In this document: piece by piece, positions 1-8,066 of the stretch
How positions within the stretch are numbered: position 1 is the stretch's first letter
Layout: each line of letters begins with the position of its first letter
Origin: Clostridia bacterium
GTDB lineage: Bacteria > Bacillota > Clostridia > UBA1212 > DUPL01
Reading direction: 5' to 3'
NCBI GenBank assembly: GCA_050951325.1
Contig: JBMNIW010000002.1
Span: 1-64,000 of the forward strand
Length of the DNA stretch: 64,000 nt
Made by a program: the position numbers and the translations under genes
Notes under the pieces: model-generated
The model's database searches: none
The model's input: only the letters and a program-made list of their open reading frames with translations
Told to the model about the DNA's origin: nothing

Positions 1-1
1 C

Positions 2-148
2 AAGAAATCATATGAAGAAGATGAAATTTATAATGTTTTACTGGAGATTAGAAAAGAGTATGGTCATGACCATGAAAATAGTGAATATGATGAGGATTAC
101 AAGGAACTAATAGATTATCTGATAAGTAGAGGGGATAATGGGATATAG
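2..148 (+). CDS. 3' end of an acidic hypothetical protein running in from outside the window
   Basis: Open frame from base 2 (KKSYEEDEIYNVLLEIRKEY...RGDNGI) to TAG at 146-148. Confidence 0.5.
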   Translation, partial: KKSYEEDEIYNVLLEIRKEYGHDHENSEYDEDYKELIDYLISRGDNGI

Positions 149-182
149 AAAAACAATTCAAAAAATAATGCTGCCATAAAAT

Positions 183-211
183 TTGACAGTATGAGTAGTT
201 TGAAATATCAT
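183..211 (+). promoter_or_regulatory. sigma-A-like promoter
   Basis: TTGACA (183-188), 17 nt, TATCAT (206-211). Confidence 0.55.
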
Positions 212-244
212 TATAAGTGACAATAAAATAATATTAAATCAAAG

Positions 245-300
245 AAAACTAACATAGCAAATTTGCCCGGAAAAGAGGGTTTTGCCGTGTTAGTTTTTTT
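245..300 (+). terminator. long hairpin with U-tract (intrinsic terminator or attenuator) upstream of ORF 328
   Basis: AAAACTAACATAGCAAA ... TTTGCCGTGTTAGTTTT inverted repeat followed by T-run. Confidence 0.65.
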
Positions 301-327
301 GTTTATTTAGAAAGGAGAGATGTTTTT

Positions 328-681
328 ATGAGTAGGGTTAATGTTTATGAAAGTGAATTTTGTAATGAGATTGTTGCCAGAGTAAAATATAATGAAAAAT
401 TAGATTACTGGAATGGACGCAACTGGGGTAATGGAGGATTAGGAATGCATAAAGGCATTACTAAGTTAAAGGACGGCAGGTTTGTTATTATTATAGGTTC
501 TCAAATGCAAGGCTCAAAAGACTATGCCTATATAGTAAGTAAAGAAGAGGCATTACAGGAAGTTTTAGAGTCAGGCAATGTGGAACTATTGGAGGATAAA
601 AAATTTGCTGAACTAAAAACTCTGTATGAGAAATTATGTGATTTAGAAGAAATTGATGAGGCAGAAACTACTGCAGAGTAA
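328..681 (+). CDS. hypothetical protein, phage/MGE-type (117 aa)
   Basis: Good RBS (GAAAGGAGA), own terminator; LDYWNGRNW...HKGITKLKDGRFV motif reminiscent of uncharacterised clostridial phage/plasmid proteins. Confidence 0.8.
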   Translation: MSRVNVYESEFCNEIVARVKYNEKLDYWNGRNWGNGGLGMHKGITKLKDGRFVIIIGSQMQGSKDYAYIVSKEEALQEVLESGNVELLEDKKFAELKTLYEKLCDLEEIDEAETTAE

Positions 682-707
682 TGAAAAGGTTATAAAGGGT
701 TATGTAG

Positions 708-738
708 GGAGTCGGGCTATAAGCCTAGGCTCCTTTTT
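708..738 (+). terminator. intrinsic terminator
   Basis: GGAGTCGGGCT-ATA-AGCCTAGGCTCC-TTTTT. Confidence 0.75.
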
Positions 739-815
739 AAATTACAACTACTATCGTAGATTACACTAATTTATATTTGTAATACTTAGTTTACAAGGAG
801 ATTGGGCTAAAAATT

Positions 816-940
816 TTTTCAACATAATATAAATTATGCTGCAGAAGGTCCTGACTTTAGTTGCAAAAAGCGGTAACATCAATATATGAATTCAACATAA
901 TTTACAGGAATTTAGAAACTTGATTGGCAACATAATTTAT
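816..940 (+). other. TnpI-type internal resolution site (IR1-IR2 core plus DR1, DR2)
   Basis: CAACATAAT (820-828)-ATAA-ATTATGCTG (833-841) inverted pair, then direct repeats CAACATAATTTA at 893-904 and 928-939 abutting the recombinase RBS; same layout and near-identical motif as the Tn4430 IRS (CAACACAAT). Confidence 0.85.
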
Positions 941-952
941 GGAGGTGAAATT

Positions 953-1783
953 TTGTTAGAAGAATTTAGAGAGTACTTAACATTGCAAGGAAAAAGCGAG
1001 AATACTATCAATAGTTATTATTTGCATATGAAAGGTTACCACCAATGGTATTTGGTATCCTTTGGCAGAGAATGTTCGGTGCTATACCGGGAAAACATCT
1101 TAGATTATATCAGTTATCTTCGTAATATTAAGAAAGATACTGGTAGAACAATAAATTGCAAGATTAGTGCATTGATAAAGTATAATGAATTTTTGATTGA
1201 GAAAGGAATACAGCAAGACCAAGTAGTTTCAAAGAAAGATAATATTAATGTACAGCAGACATATGCAAACCCTTCGGATATAACTAAACAGGAAGTAGAT
1301 GCTTTTAGACAACAACTATTAGAGAATGGGCATCGAGATATTTATTGTTTGGCCACATTATTAGCATATGCAGGTTTAAGAATTAGTGAAGCACTTAATA
1401 TTCAGTTAACAGACTTCAATTTAACAGTTGGAGAGTTAAAGGTTAGGGGTAAGGGAGATAAAGACAGAGTTGTTTATTTAAATGATAAGATTATTAATAG
1501 TATAAGAGAGTTCTTAAGAGTGAGAGAAAGTGAAAGTCCATATTTATTTGCAAATAGTAATGGAAAGGTAATCCATAGATCAACAGTTAATAAGGTTTTC
1601 AATAAGTATAGCGATAAGATTACCCCTCATACATTGCGGCATTATTTTTGTACAATTGCTTTGGAGGGCGGGCTATCGGTTCATGAGGTTGCCTATTTAG
1701 CAGGGCATAGCAATATTCACATAACGCTTATATATTTGAATCCGAGTAGAGAAGCAATTAGGGGAAAAATAAATAACCTGTAA
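953..1783 (+). CDS. tnpI: TnpI-like tyrosine recombinase (resolvase)
   Basis: TTG start after GGAGGTG; catalytic R (GLRISE), K (GKGDK), HxLRH, GH, Y; segments LYRENILDYISYL, ESPYLF, ITPHTLRHYFCT, AGHSNIH closely resemble Tn4430 TnpI. Confidence 0.85.
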   Translation: MLEEFREYLTLQGKSENTINSYYLHMKGYHQWYLVSFGRECSVLYRENILDYISYLRNIKKDTGRTINCKISALIKYNEFLIEKGIQQDQVVSKKDNINVQQTYANPSDITKQEVDAFRQQLLENGHRDIYCLATLLAYAGLRISEALNIQLTDFNLTVGELKVRGKGDKDRVVYLNDKIINSIREFLRVRESESPYLFANSNGKVIHRSTVNKVFNKYSDKITPHTLRHYFCTIALEGGLSVHEVAYLAGHSNIHITLIYLNPSREAIRGKINNL

Positions 1784-1787
1784 TTAA

Positions 1788-1818
1788 AGGCTATGAAAAG
1801 ATTCATAGCCCTTTTTTT
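1788..1818 (+). terminator. intrinsic terminator
   Basis: GGCTATGAA-AAGA-TTCATAGCC-CTTTTTTT. Confidence 0.8.
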
Positions 1819-1980
1819 GATCAGATTTCAATAACGATACTTTGTCACCTAGATTATACACAATATAGTGAGATACCATATAAATTATGAACTTTAAATT
1901 GGAATAGTATATAATATTGTTAAATAATCTTTGGAATGTAATGGAATCAAATTTAGAAATAGATTTGGGAGGGTTAAATA

Positions 1981-2742
1981 ATGGAAATCATTAATGATTT
2001 TAAGTTTATTTGTGAGATTAAACCCTTGATTAATGATCGTGGGCAAATAATGGAGTATTATCCCTCCACCAAATATAATAATCGGGCAAATAAAAAACTT
2101 AACAAATATGGTAAAGGACCATTTTGTAGATTTCGAATTCCTAACATTATAAACAGCGAAGGTGTCTATATTATTAAAGTCAATAACGATATCTTGTATG
2201 TTGGGGAATGCGAAAATTTAAGTCACAGGTTTAATTTAGGTTATGGTCAAATATCGCCTAGAAACTGTTTTGTGGGAGGACAGTCAACAAATTGCAAAAT
2301 AAATTCATATATTCTACAGGAAATAAAAAATGGTTCAGAAGTATTTCTATACTTCTTTGAAACTGGAGAAAGGTTTAAAATAGAGAGCGAATTAATTAAG
2401 AAGTATAAACCGGAATGGAATTCTACTTCAGGAAAGCATGTAAATTCTGTTGGGAAAAAATCTGTGAATACAAGCCATGAAGAAGTGAAAGGCATAAATA
2501 ATATCAGTAAATATTATCCTTTGGAAAAGTTTCTAAATATACAAAATGTAAATCAGATTGAGTTAACTTTTTCTGAAGTAGAGAAAATCATAGGGGATGC
2601 ACTTCCACCTTCTGCATATAAATATCGTGCTTGGTGGGGTAATGGAGGTCATTCACAGGCAAATGCATGGCTGAACGCAGGCTGGAGAGTAGATAAAATA
2701 AAACTTAGAGACTCAATACTATTTGCAAAAAACAGTGAGTAG
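1981..2742 (+). CDS. GIY-YIG nuclease with C-terminal DUF7662-like domain
   Basis: GVYIIKVNNDILYVGECENLSHRF GIY-YIG motif, IESELIKKYKPEWN; after a low-complexity linker SKYYPLEKFL...LTFSEVEKIIG..LPPSA....WWGN...QANAWL.AGW module. Confidence 0.75.
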   Translation: MEIINDFKFICEIKPLINDRGQIMEYYPSTKYNNRANKKLNKYGKGPFCRFRIPNIINSEGVYIIKVNNDILYVGECENLSHRFNLGYGQISPRNCFVGGQSTNCKINSYILQEIKNGSEVFLYFFETGERFKIESELIKKYKPEWNSTSGKHVNSVGKKSVNTSHEEVKGINNISKYYPLEKFLNIQNVNQIELTFSEVEKIIGDALPPSAYKYRAWWGNGGHSQANAWLNAGWRVDKIKLRDSILFAKNSE

Positions 2743-2758
2743 AAAAAATTATGTTCAT

Positions 2759-2803
2759 TGTTTCATTACACACGAGTTTGTTTACAATTACAAAGTTTGC
2801 TTA
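2759..2803 (+). mobile_element. inverted (left-type) Tn7-like end: TGT plus two TnsB-type sites
   Basis: TGTTTCA-TTACACACGAGTTTGTTTAC-AA-TTACAAAGTTTGCTTA mirrors the reverse complement of the 3178-3227 end. Confidence 0.55.
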
Positions 2804-2814
2804 TCGCAATCGCC

Positions 2815-2851
2815 AACCGTCAGGGGGAAAATTCCCTTTGGCGGTTTTTTT
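2815..2851 (+). terminator. intrinsic terminator inside the inverted end
   Basis: AACCGTCAGGGG...CCCTTTGGCGGTT followed by T-run. Confidence 0.75.
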
Positions 2852-3012
2852 GTGTGTAAAAATAGAATATAGAGAATAAATAAAAATATGTAAATCCGGA
2901 CGCAGTTTTAATCCCTCGAAAGCAAGTAGAATTCAGATGTGTAGGTGGTTTCGATATTTCCTCCCGTAGGTTATACCCTGCGTATGAATACTCATTTTAT
3001 TAGTAAACCTTC

Positions 3013-3227
3013 CACGAGCAAACTTTGTCATTCTTCACTGCTCACGAGCAAACTCGCTTGTCATTTTCTCATTTTTTATATCTTTTTTTATATTTTTTAA
3101 GGTAATAAAACCCGCGAGCAAACTTTGTCACTACAAGGGAAGAAACAGCGAGAAGCCTTGCAACAACTACATTTCAACACGAGCAAACTTTGTCACTCAC
3201 GTGAGCAAACTTATTTGTAACTGGACA
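3013..3227 (-). mobile_element. Tn7/Tn5053-like transposon end with five TnsB-type binding repeats
   Basis: C(A/G)CGAGCAAACTTTGTCA at 3013-3030, 3113-3130, 3178-3195; longer variants at 3043-3063 and 3200-3220; terminal CTGGACA at 3221-3227 (reads TGTCCAGTTACAAATAAGTTTGCTCAC on - strand). Confidence 0.8.
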
Positions 3228-3251
3228 CATACATTCGAATATATGCTATTC

Positions 3252-3289
3252 AAACCGTCATTGTACTACAACTCATGGCGGTTTTTTTT
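3252..3289 (+). terminator. intrinsic terminator just outside the transposon end
   Basis: AAACCGTCAT...ATGGCGGTTT plus T-run. Confidence 0.7.
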
Positions 3290-3414
3290 ATTTCCTTTAA
3301 TAAGATACAATCGTGATAAATAATTAATGTTTGTGTAGTGGGAGGGATGCGTAGTAGGATTTGAGCTGCCGGATACATGTTACATTGTTTGCTGGCAATG
3401 AATTTTATCTTTAT

Positions 3415-5892
3415 TTATACCTTGCTGCCTGAAATTTTCTTTTTCCTTATTACAAGGAAAACCCCTCCGGCAACGGCAATCAGCAGGATTGGGATTAAAG
3501 CAAAACATATAACTTTAAGATTGTTGTCAGAGTTTATAGGATTTCCGGGTACAACCTTGTCTTCATCAATGACGGAAAAATAGTAATCCTCCCAAACAAG
3601 ACGGGTATTGGCATTTTCTGCCCTGTTAACCTTGTATCTTATTTGCAGTTCCTTGTTTGCTTCTACTATTGCGTCAAGCAAGGGGCTGTTGTCATTCCGC
3701 CAGGTATCACCGTCATTAAAACCCTGCCTGTCGGAACGGAAGGTCCACCAATGGGTTAACTGAACTCCCGCGTCTATAATAAGCTCCAAGTATTTGATGC
3801 GTCCCTCGATAAATCCAGGTGACGAAGGATCCGAGTTCCACGAAGCACCGACACATCCTGCGCATTCTCCGTTATACAGAACTTTGCCTATTCTCTTTGC
3901 CTCTTCCATCAAAATTTTATAACCGTTATTTACAGCATTATTTGTTGCGTCTTTGTAATAGAGGTCAAAATCGGATGATGAATCTATATCGTAAGTATGA
4001 GTACTTAAGACATCAACACCCTTATGCAGAAGATACAGAGCCTTAAGTCTTTCTTCAAGGGTATCAATGGTCCAGTTGGATGATAAATCACCTTCCATCA
4101 CTCCTTTAAAAAGGTTCCACTGGGCGGTTCTTAAAGCAGAATCGCCTCCCGTAACAAGTCTTTCCGGATCAATGTCATGTATCTTCTCTGTTACATCCGT
4201 ATAAAACTCACTCAGCTGCAGAAGGGAGTATGTAACTCTTCTGATTGACGCGCCAACATCCGCGTGAAGATTTCCTTCATTTAAGATTTCCCACATCAAA
4301 ATGGTTTTCCTGTCTTTGTACCTGCCTATGAATTCATCAAGATACTTGTAGAGATTCTGCCTTGATACGCTGTCTCTGTCGCTAATCAAATCATACAGGG
4401 TTTCATCGTCACTTACCCAGCCAACCTTGTCGACATATTTCTTTTTTACAAACATATTGTCAATCAGTTCAAGACAAAGAACAATCTTTATGTCATACCT
4501 GTCACACAGATCAAACAATTTGTCCATCATTTCATAGTACTTTTCCTTGTCCTCCCGGGAGTACATTATATCGTTTCTGAGATTGTTCCTGGCAAAAATA
4601 CGGATTGACTTGAAACCGAGTTCATTCAGCTGTTTAAGGGCGCTTTCCGCAGCGGCATAGGTAAACTCGGCAGTGGGATAACTGCTGTCATAGTAATAAT
4701 CCGCTGCAATCTGCATGCACAGGTCGAACTTGTTGAAGCTTATTTCGTAATAGGGTTCTCCGTTCATATAAAACTTGTTGTTGATAATCCTGAGAATGTC
4801 ATCATTCTTGTACTTCCCTGTCGTAAACGCAACCGTCTTTTCAGCCTCGTCCCACCAGATTTTGCAGTTTAACACTTCGTGAAAAAGCTGCAGAGAAGCC
4901 ATATACACACCTTTGTGCCTGATTACCGGATTATTTAATTTTACTGTTTTATTGTTTAATGTTAGGGTGCCGTTATTGATTTCCGCGCTTATTTTATCGT
5001 TTTTTATTATTATTTTGCTTTTACTTGTTTTAACATCAAACCCGGCACATTCCATCACTCTTTCCAACGGAAGGTAAAGAGTATTGTTTTTTTCAACCGG
5101 TGATTTATTCAGATTTATTTTCACAGTATTTATGTAAAGTGAAATGTTTTTATCCTTTTTTACTTTTGGCAATGTTACATCGGGTAAAGGTCCGGTTTCC
5201 TGATATGAATAGGGCTGGGGATATCTGGAACCGCTCGTCTTAAGAGTAAACTTATCAAAACATATATATGAGTCTGAGGTATTGTTGTTTACCAGGAACC
5301 TCATTCCCGTTATTCTGTAAATCGGAATAAAGAAATCGCAGGAACCGACTTCCCTGTCATTGACTGATAATGCATATTTGCTTTCCCCGCGGTTAATACT
5401 TATGGAAATATCATACACCTTGTTTTTTTCAAATTCAAAAACAGTGTTTGCATCATGATCCTTCAGGACAGCATGACCGTTCTCCGGAATAATTGAAAGA
5501 ATCGTATCGTTAGCATTGGGAATCGTCAAATGCTGCGTATATATCTGGAAAAGAAGGGGGTTGTTATAATTCTCATCAATACGAATCTGGAAACTGTAGT
5601 ATATCTCAGGCTCTTCTATAATCAGACTCCACCATCTCATATCGCAGTTTTTTATTTTTAGCGACTTCGTCCCTGAAAGGGGAGATTTTGTGAAAACTTC
5701 AATGTTGCTGTTGGCTGATATGTACGAAGCGGATGAGTTCTTTATTTTATTTACATATCCGTTTGTTATATCGCTGTCTTCGTAATTGTCAAAAACCAGT
5801 ATTGTACTGACGCCTTTTGCTTTTGGAGTTGTATAAGTCATTGTGCTCACCATTGCTATTAAAAGTATATATGATAAAATGCGTTTGTTCAT
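3415..5892 (-). CDS. membrane-anchored clan GH-A (GH5-like) glycoside hydrolase with copper-amine-oxidase N-terminal (stalk) domain
   Basis: Signal peptide from MNKRIL; stalk-domain motifs (LYLPLERVME, VYMASL, IWWDEAEKTV); GFKSIRIF, WEILNEG acid/base, LYNGE nucleophile region; C-terminal TM helix plus RKKK. Confidence 0.7.
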   Translation of the reverse strand: MNKRILSYILLIAMVSTMTYTTPKAKGVSTILVFDNYEDSDITNGYVNKIKNSSASYISANSNIEVFTKSPLSGTKSLKIKNCDMRWWSLIIEEPEIYYSFQIRIDENYNNPLLFQIYTQHLTIPNANDTILSIIPENGHAVLKDHDANTVFEFEKNKVYDISISINRGESKYALSVNDREVGSCDFFIPIYRITGMRFLVNNNTSDSYICFDKFTLKTSGSRYPQPYSYQETGPLPDVTLPKVKKDKNISLYINTVKINLNKSPVEKNNTLYLPLERVMECAGFDVKTSKSKIIIKNDKISAEINNGTLTLNNKTVKLNNPVIRHKGVYMASLQLFHEVLNCKIWWDEAEKTVAFTTGKYKNDDILRIINNKFYMNGEPYYEISFNKFDLCMQIAADYYYDSSYPTAEFTYAAAESALKQLNELGFKSIRIFARNNLRNDIMYSREDKEKYYEMMDKLFDLCDRYDIKIVLCLELIDNMFVKKKYVDKVGWVSDDETLYDLISDRDSVSRQNLYKYLDEFIGRYKDRKTILMWEILNEGNLHADVGASIRRVTYSLLQLSEFYTDVTEKIHDIDPERLVTGGDSALRTAQWNLFKGVMEGDLSSNWTIDTLEERLKALYLLHKGVDVLSTHTYDIDSSSDFDLYYKDATNNAVNNGYKILMEEAKRIGKVLYNGECAGCVGASWNSDPSSPGFIEGRIKYLELIIDAGVQLTHWWTFRSDRQGFNDGDTWRNDNSPLLDAIVEANKELQIRYKVNRAENANTRLVWEDYYFSVIDEDKVVPGNPINSDNNLKVICFALIPILLIAVAGGVFLVIRKKKISGSKV

Positions 5893-6157
5893 GGTATCCA
5901 CCCCTGTTTTGTCTAAAATCTTAAAATCTTGTATAATCAATATTAACTATATTATATTTATTATATTATATTATATATTTAAATCTGCAGGAATATTAAA
6001 AATATGTTTATATGGTAAAAAATGTTGACATATGGGTGTTGGAATAATCATATACAGGAAACAGGTATTATTATTTCGGAGTGGCAGTAAGTGGATCGGC
6101 CACACTCTATAGGACAAATTAATTCTGAACACATGGGTTAAGAGGTATAATAACTCT

Positions 6158-6292
6158 ATGTCATTTGACATTAATGATAATCGTACTGAAGAAGAAATAG
6201 AATTAATAGCCCTAATAAAGAGAGTAAAAGAAATCTTGTTAAAGGGTTATATTGGAGCAGAAATGATTGGGAATAATATAAAAAAGAAGTAG
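6158..6292 (+). CDS. possible small protein (44 aa, MSFDINDNRTEEEIELIALIKRVKEILLKG...)
   Basis: ATG after AAGAGGT; TTGACA upstream at ~6025; ends before the 6313-6345 hairpin. Confidence 0.35.
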   Translation: MSFDINDNRTEEEIELIALIKRVKEILLKGYIGAEMIGNNIKKK

Positions 6293-6312
6293 AATAGCTG
6301 AGTAAACAAATT

Positions 6313-6344
6313 AAAGCTCCCTCTTGGTGTCAAGTGGGAGCTTT
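6313..6344. terminator. bidirectional terminator downstream of tRNA-Thr
   Basis: AAAGCTCCC...GGGAGCTTT inverted repeat. Confidence 0.7.
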
Positions 6345-6419
6345 TGGAGCTGGTGGTGGGACTTGAACCCACGACCTGCGCATTACGAGTGCGCTGCTCT
6401 ACCTCTGAGCCACACCAGC
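6345..6419 (-). tRNA. tRNA-Thr (CGT)
   Basis: GCTGGTG/CACCAGC acceptor stem, GCGCA-CT-CGT-AA-TGCGC anticodon arm, TTCAAGT T-loop, encoded CCA. Confidence 0.97.
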
Positions 6420-6505
6420 AGGATGTATATCAGTCGCAGATGATAGTATATCATAAATTTCTATGATACAAAAGTACTTTTTAAAATTTTTCTTAGAAGT
6501 TATAC

Positions 6506-6534
6506 TTGACATATGTCGAAATCTATTATATGAT
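6506..6534 (+). promoter_or_regulatory. orphan sigma-A promoter facing the IS remnant
   Basis: TTGACA-17nt-TATGAT with no intact gene downstream. Confidence 0.5.
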
Positions 6535-6730
6535 AAAGTTTGAACGTCATAAAAATCGGGATAATGGTCTCCGAGTTTTATCACTTTTAATCCAACATTT
6601 ATTACTTAAATCATATTCATGTAACACATGATAAAAACCTGACTTTGGTAATAAGCATTGGAAAATGGTGCAAACTAAATGGTAATAGAAGGATGCTCAA
6701 GAAAAAGCATCCTTTGTTTGAGTATAATAA

Positions 6731-7660
6731 CTATAATTTGTGGTTTAAAATTGAATTTACTTGCGATTTCGATAAGAAGTAGTTCGTGAGAGGGAGATCG
6801 AATTTGATTGTAAGTTCATCTATTAACTCTGATGAAGTAGTTAAGTTGATAAACCTATTATCCACATCGGTAAGATTAAATTTTTTTATAAACTTATATA
6901 TTTCAGAAGTTGAAAATTTATTCTCCAACACCTTAAATTGTAATAATCGCTCTAAAAGAACAGCGCAATAGCAAATAAGAAAGTGTCCTTTGATTGAATC
7001 AACTTTTTGAAGAAAAACAGGCCTAGCATCTAGGTCCGACTTCATTATCTTGAACGATTCTTCTATACGCCAAAGGTTATGATATGTTTCGTAGATATCT
7101 AGATCATTCATCTTTATTTCAGATGTAACAAGAAGGTTGTATCCTGCAAGTTCCAGATCTTCGTTTATTGCATCATTGTTTATTACAGCCGCGGCTTTAT
7201 TTCCTTTTTCATCTACGAACTTAACATATTTAGCAGACTCTCCGTATTCTGCCTTCTTTGCTTGAGAATGTGTAAGAAACTTTGCTTTTTCAACCATTTT
7301 GTTTATTTCACATCTTTTTTTATATGCTAAAGATGGATTGTATGTTAAGAGTCTCTTTTCTGTAAATTCTATAGTATAGACTTTTCCTTCATATGTTACA
7401 TCATACGGAAACTTATCAATACATGTTTTATAACGAAATAAAATATTGCCGTTTTTATCTTTAACATCTTTAAAATCTCTATCAAGAAGCACCCATTTCT
7501 TCTCTTTATCCGGAAGCTTTTTTACTGCTTTTGAAAATATGTAACCATCACCATTCTTTTTTGCATACGCTATGTTGTTGGCACAGTTAAGTCCTTTATC
7601 TGCTACATGAATGGTTCTTCCTGTTATGTTATTTTGCTTTTTAAGATTGCTTATTACATC
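6731..7660 (-). pseudogene. IS1634-family transposase, 5'-truncated
   Basis: TIHVADKGLN (2nd D), GYNLLVTSE, YHNLWRIEESFKIMKSDLDARPVFL, IKGHFLICY; the first ~80 aa of the predicted ORF are the antisense of the neighbouring gene. Confidence 0.85.
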
Positions 7661-7970
7661 TGTGTTGGGCTTCGTTATTCTTGCTTTTGGAGTATTCGTA
7701 ATGTTGAGTACGGATTTTATTATGCTTCCCCAGGATGCAGCCGTTGCAGTAATTTCAAACAAGTATAAAAAGGAGTACGGTAAGATAAAGATTACTTTGG
7801 ATGTAATACTGACTACAATTGCAACTGCAAGTTCTTTTGTAATATTCAGTAGAATAATACATGTGGGCGTTGGGACCATTTTAGCTGCAATCTTCGTTGG
7901 CAAGATAATCAGCCTGCTTCAGAAGTCTGCTGGTATTAATCGTTTTATTAGCTGGGCTATTGGTGATTAA
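7661..7970 (+). pseudogene. 3' half of YczE/YitT-family membrane protein
   Basis: ILAFGV...MLPQDA, YGKIKITLD, VGVGTILAAIFVGKII; no start/RBS, abuts the transposase fragment. Confidence 0.7.
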
Positions 7971-8066
7971 AGGAAAAATGGTTTTCATAAAGTGGACAAA
8001 CTTTTGTCAATATGCTAGAATAACCTGATGTTATACATACAGAATTACTTGAATTAAGCGAGGAGA

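Noticed and set aside
245-300. c-di-GMP-I riboswitch (GCAAA...GAAA...)
   Set aside because: Lacks the second stem and conserved GCAAAGC junction; better explained as a single terminator hairpin
2896-2990. Delocalised CAST crRNA or structured RNA inside the mini-element (GGGATTAAAAC on - strand; ACGCAG/CTGCGT closing stem)
   Set aside because: Only one repeat-like string, no second repeat and no recognisable spacer match in the window; too weak to call
3013-3227. CRISPR array
   Set aside because: Repeats are only 18-21 nt with very uneven gaps (12, 49, 47, 4 nt), no cas genes, and the array ends in a transposon-type ACA terminus
6731-7903. Intact 390-aa transposase
   Set aside because: N-terminal ~80 aa are antisense of a membrane-protein gene; the transposase lacks its N-terminal half
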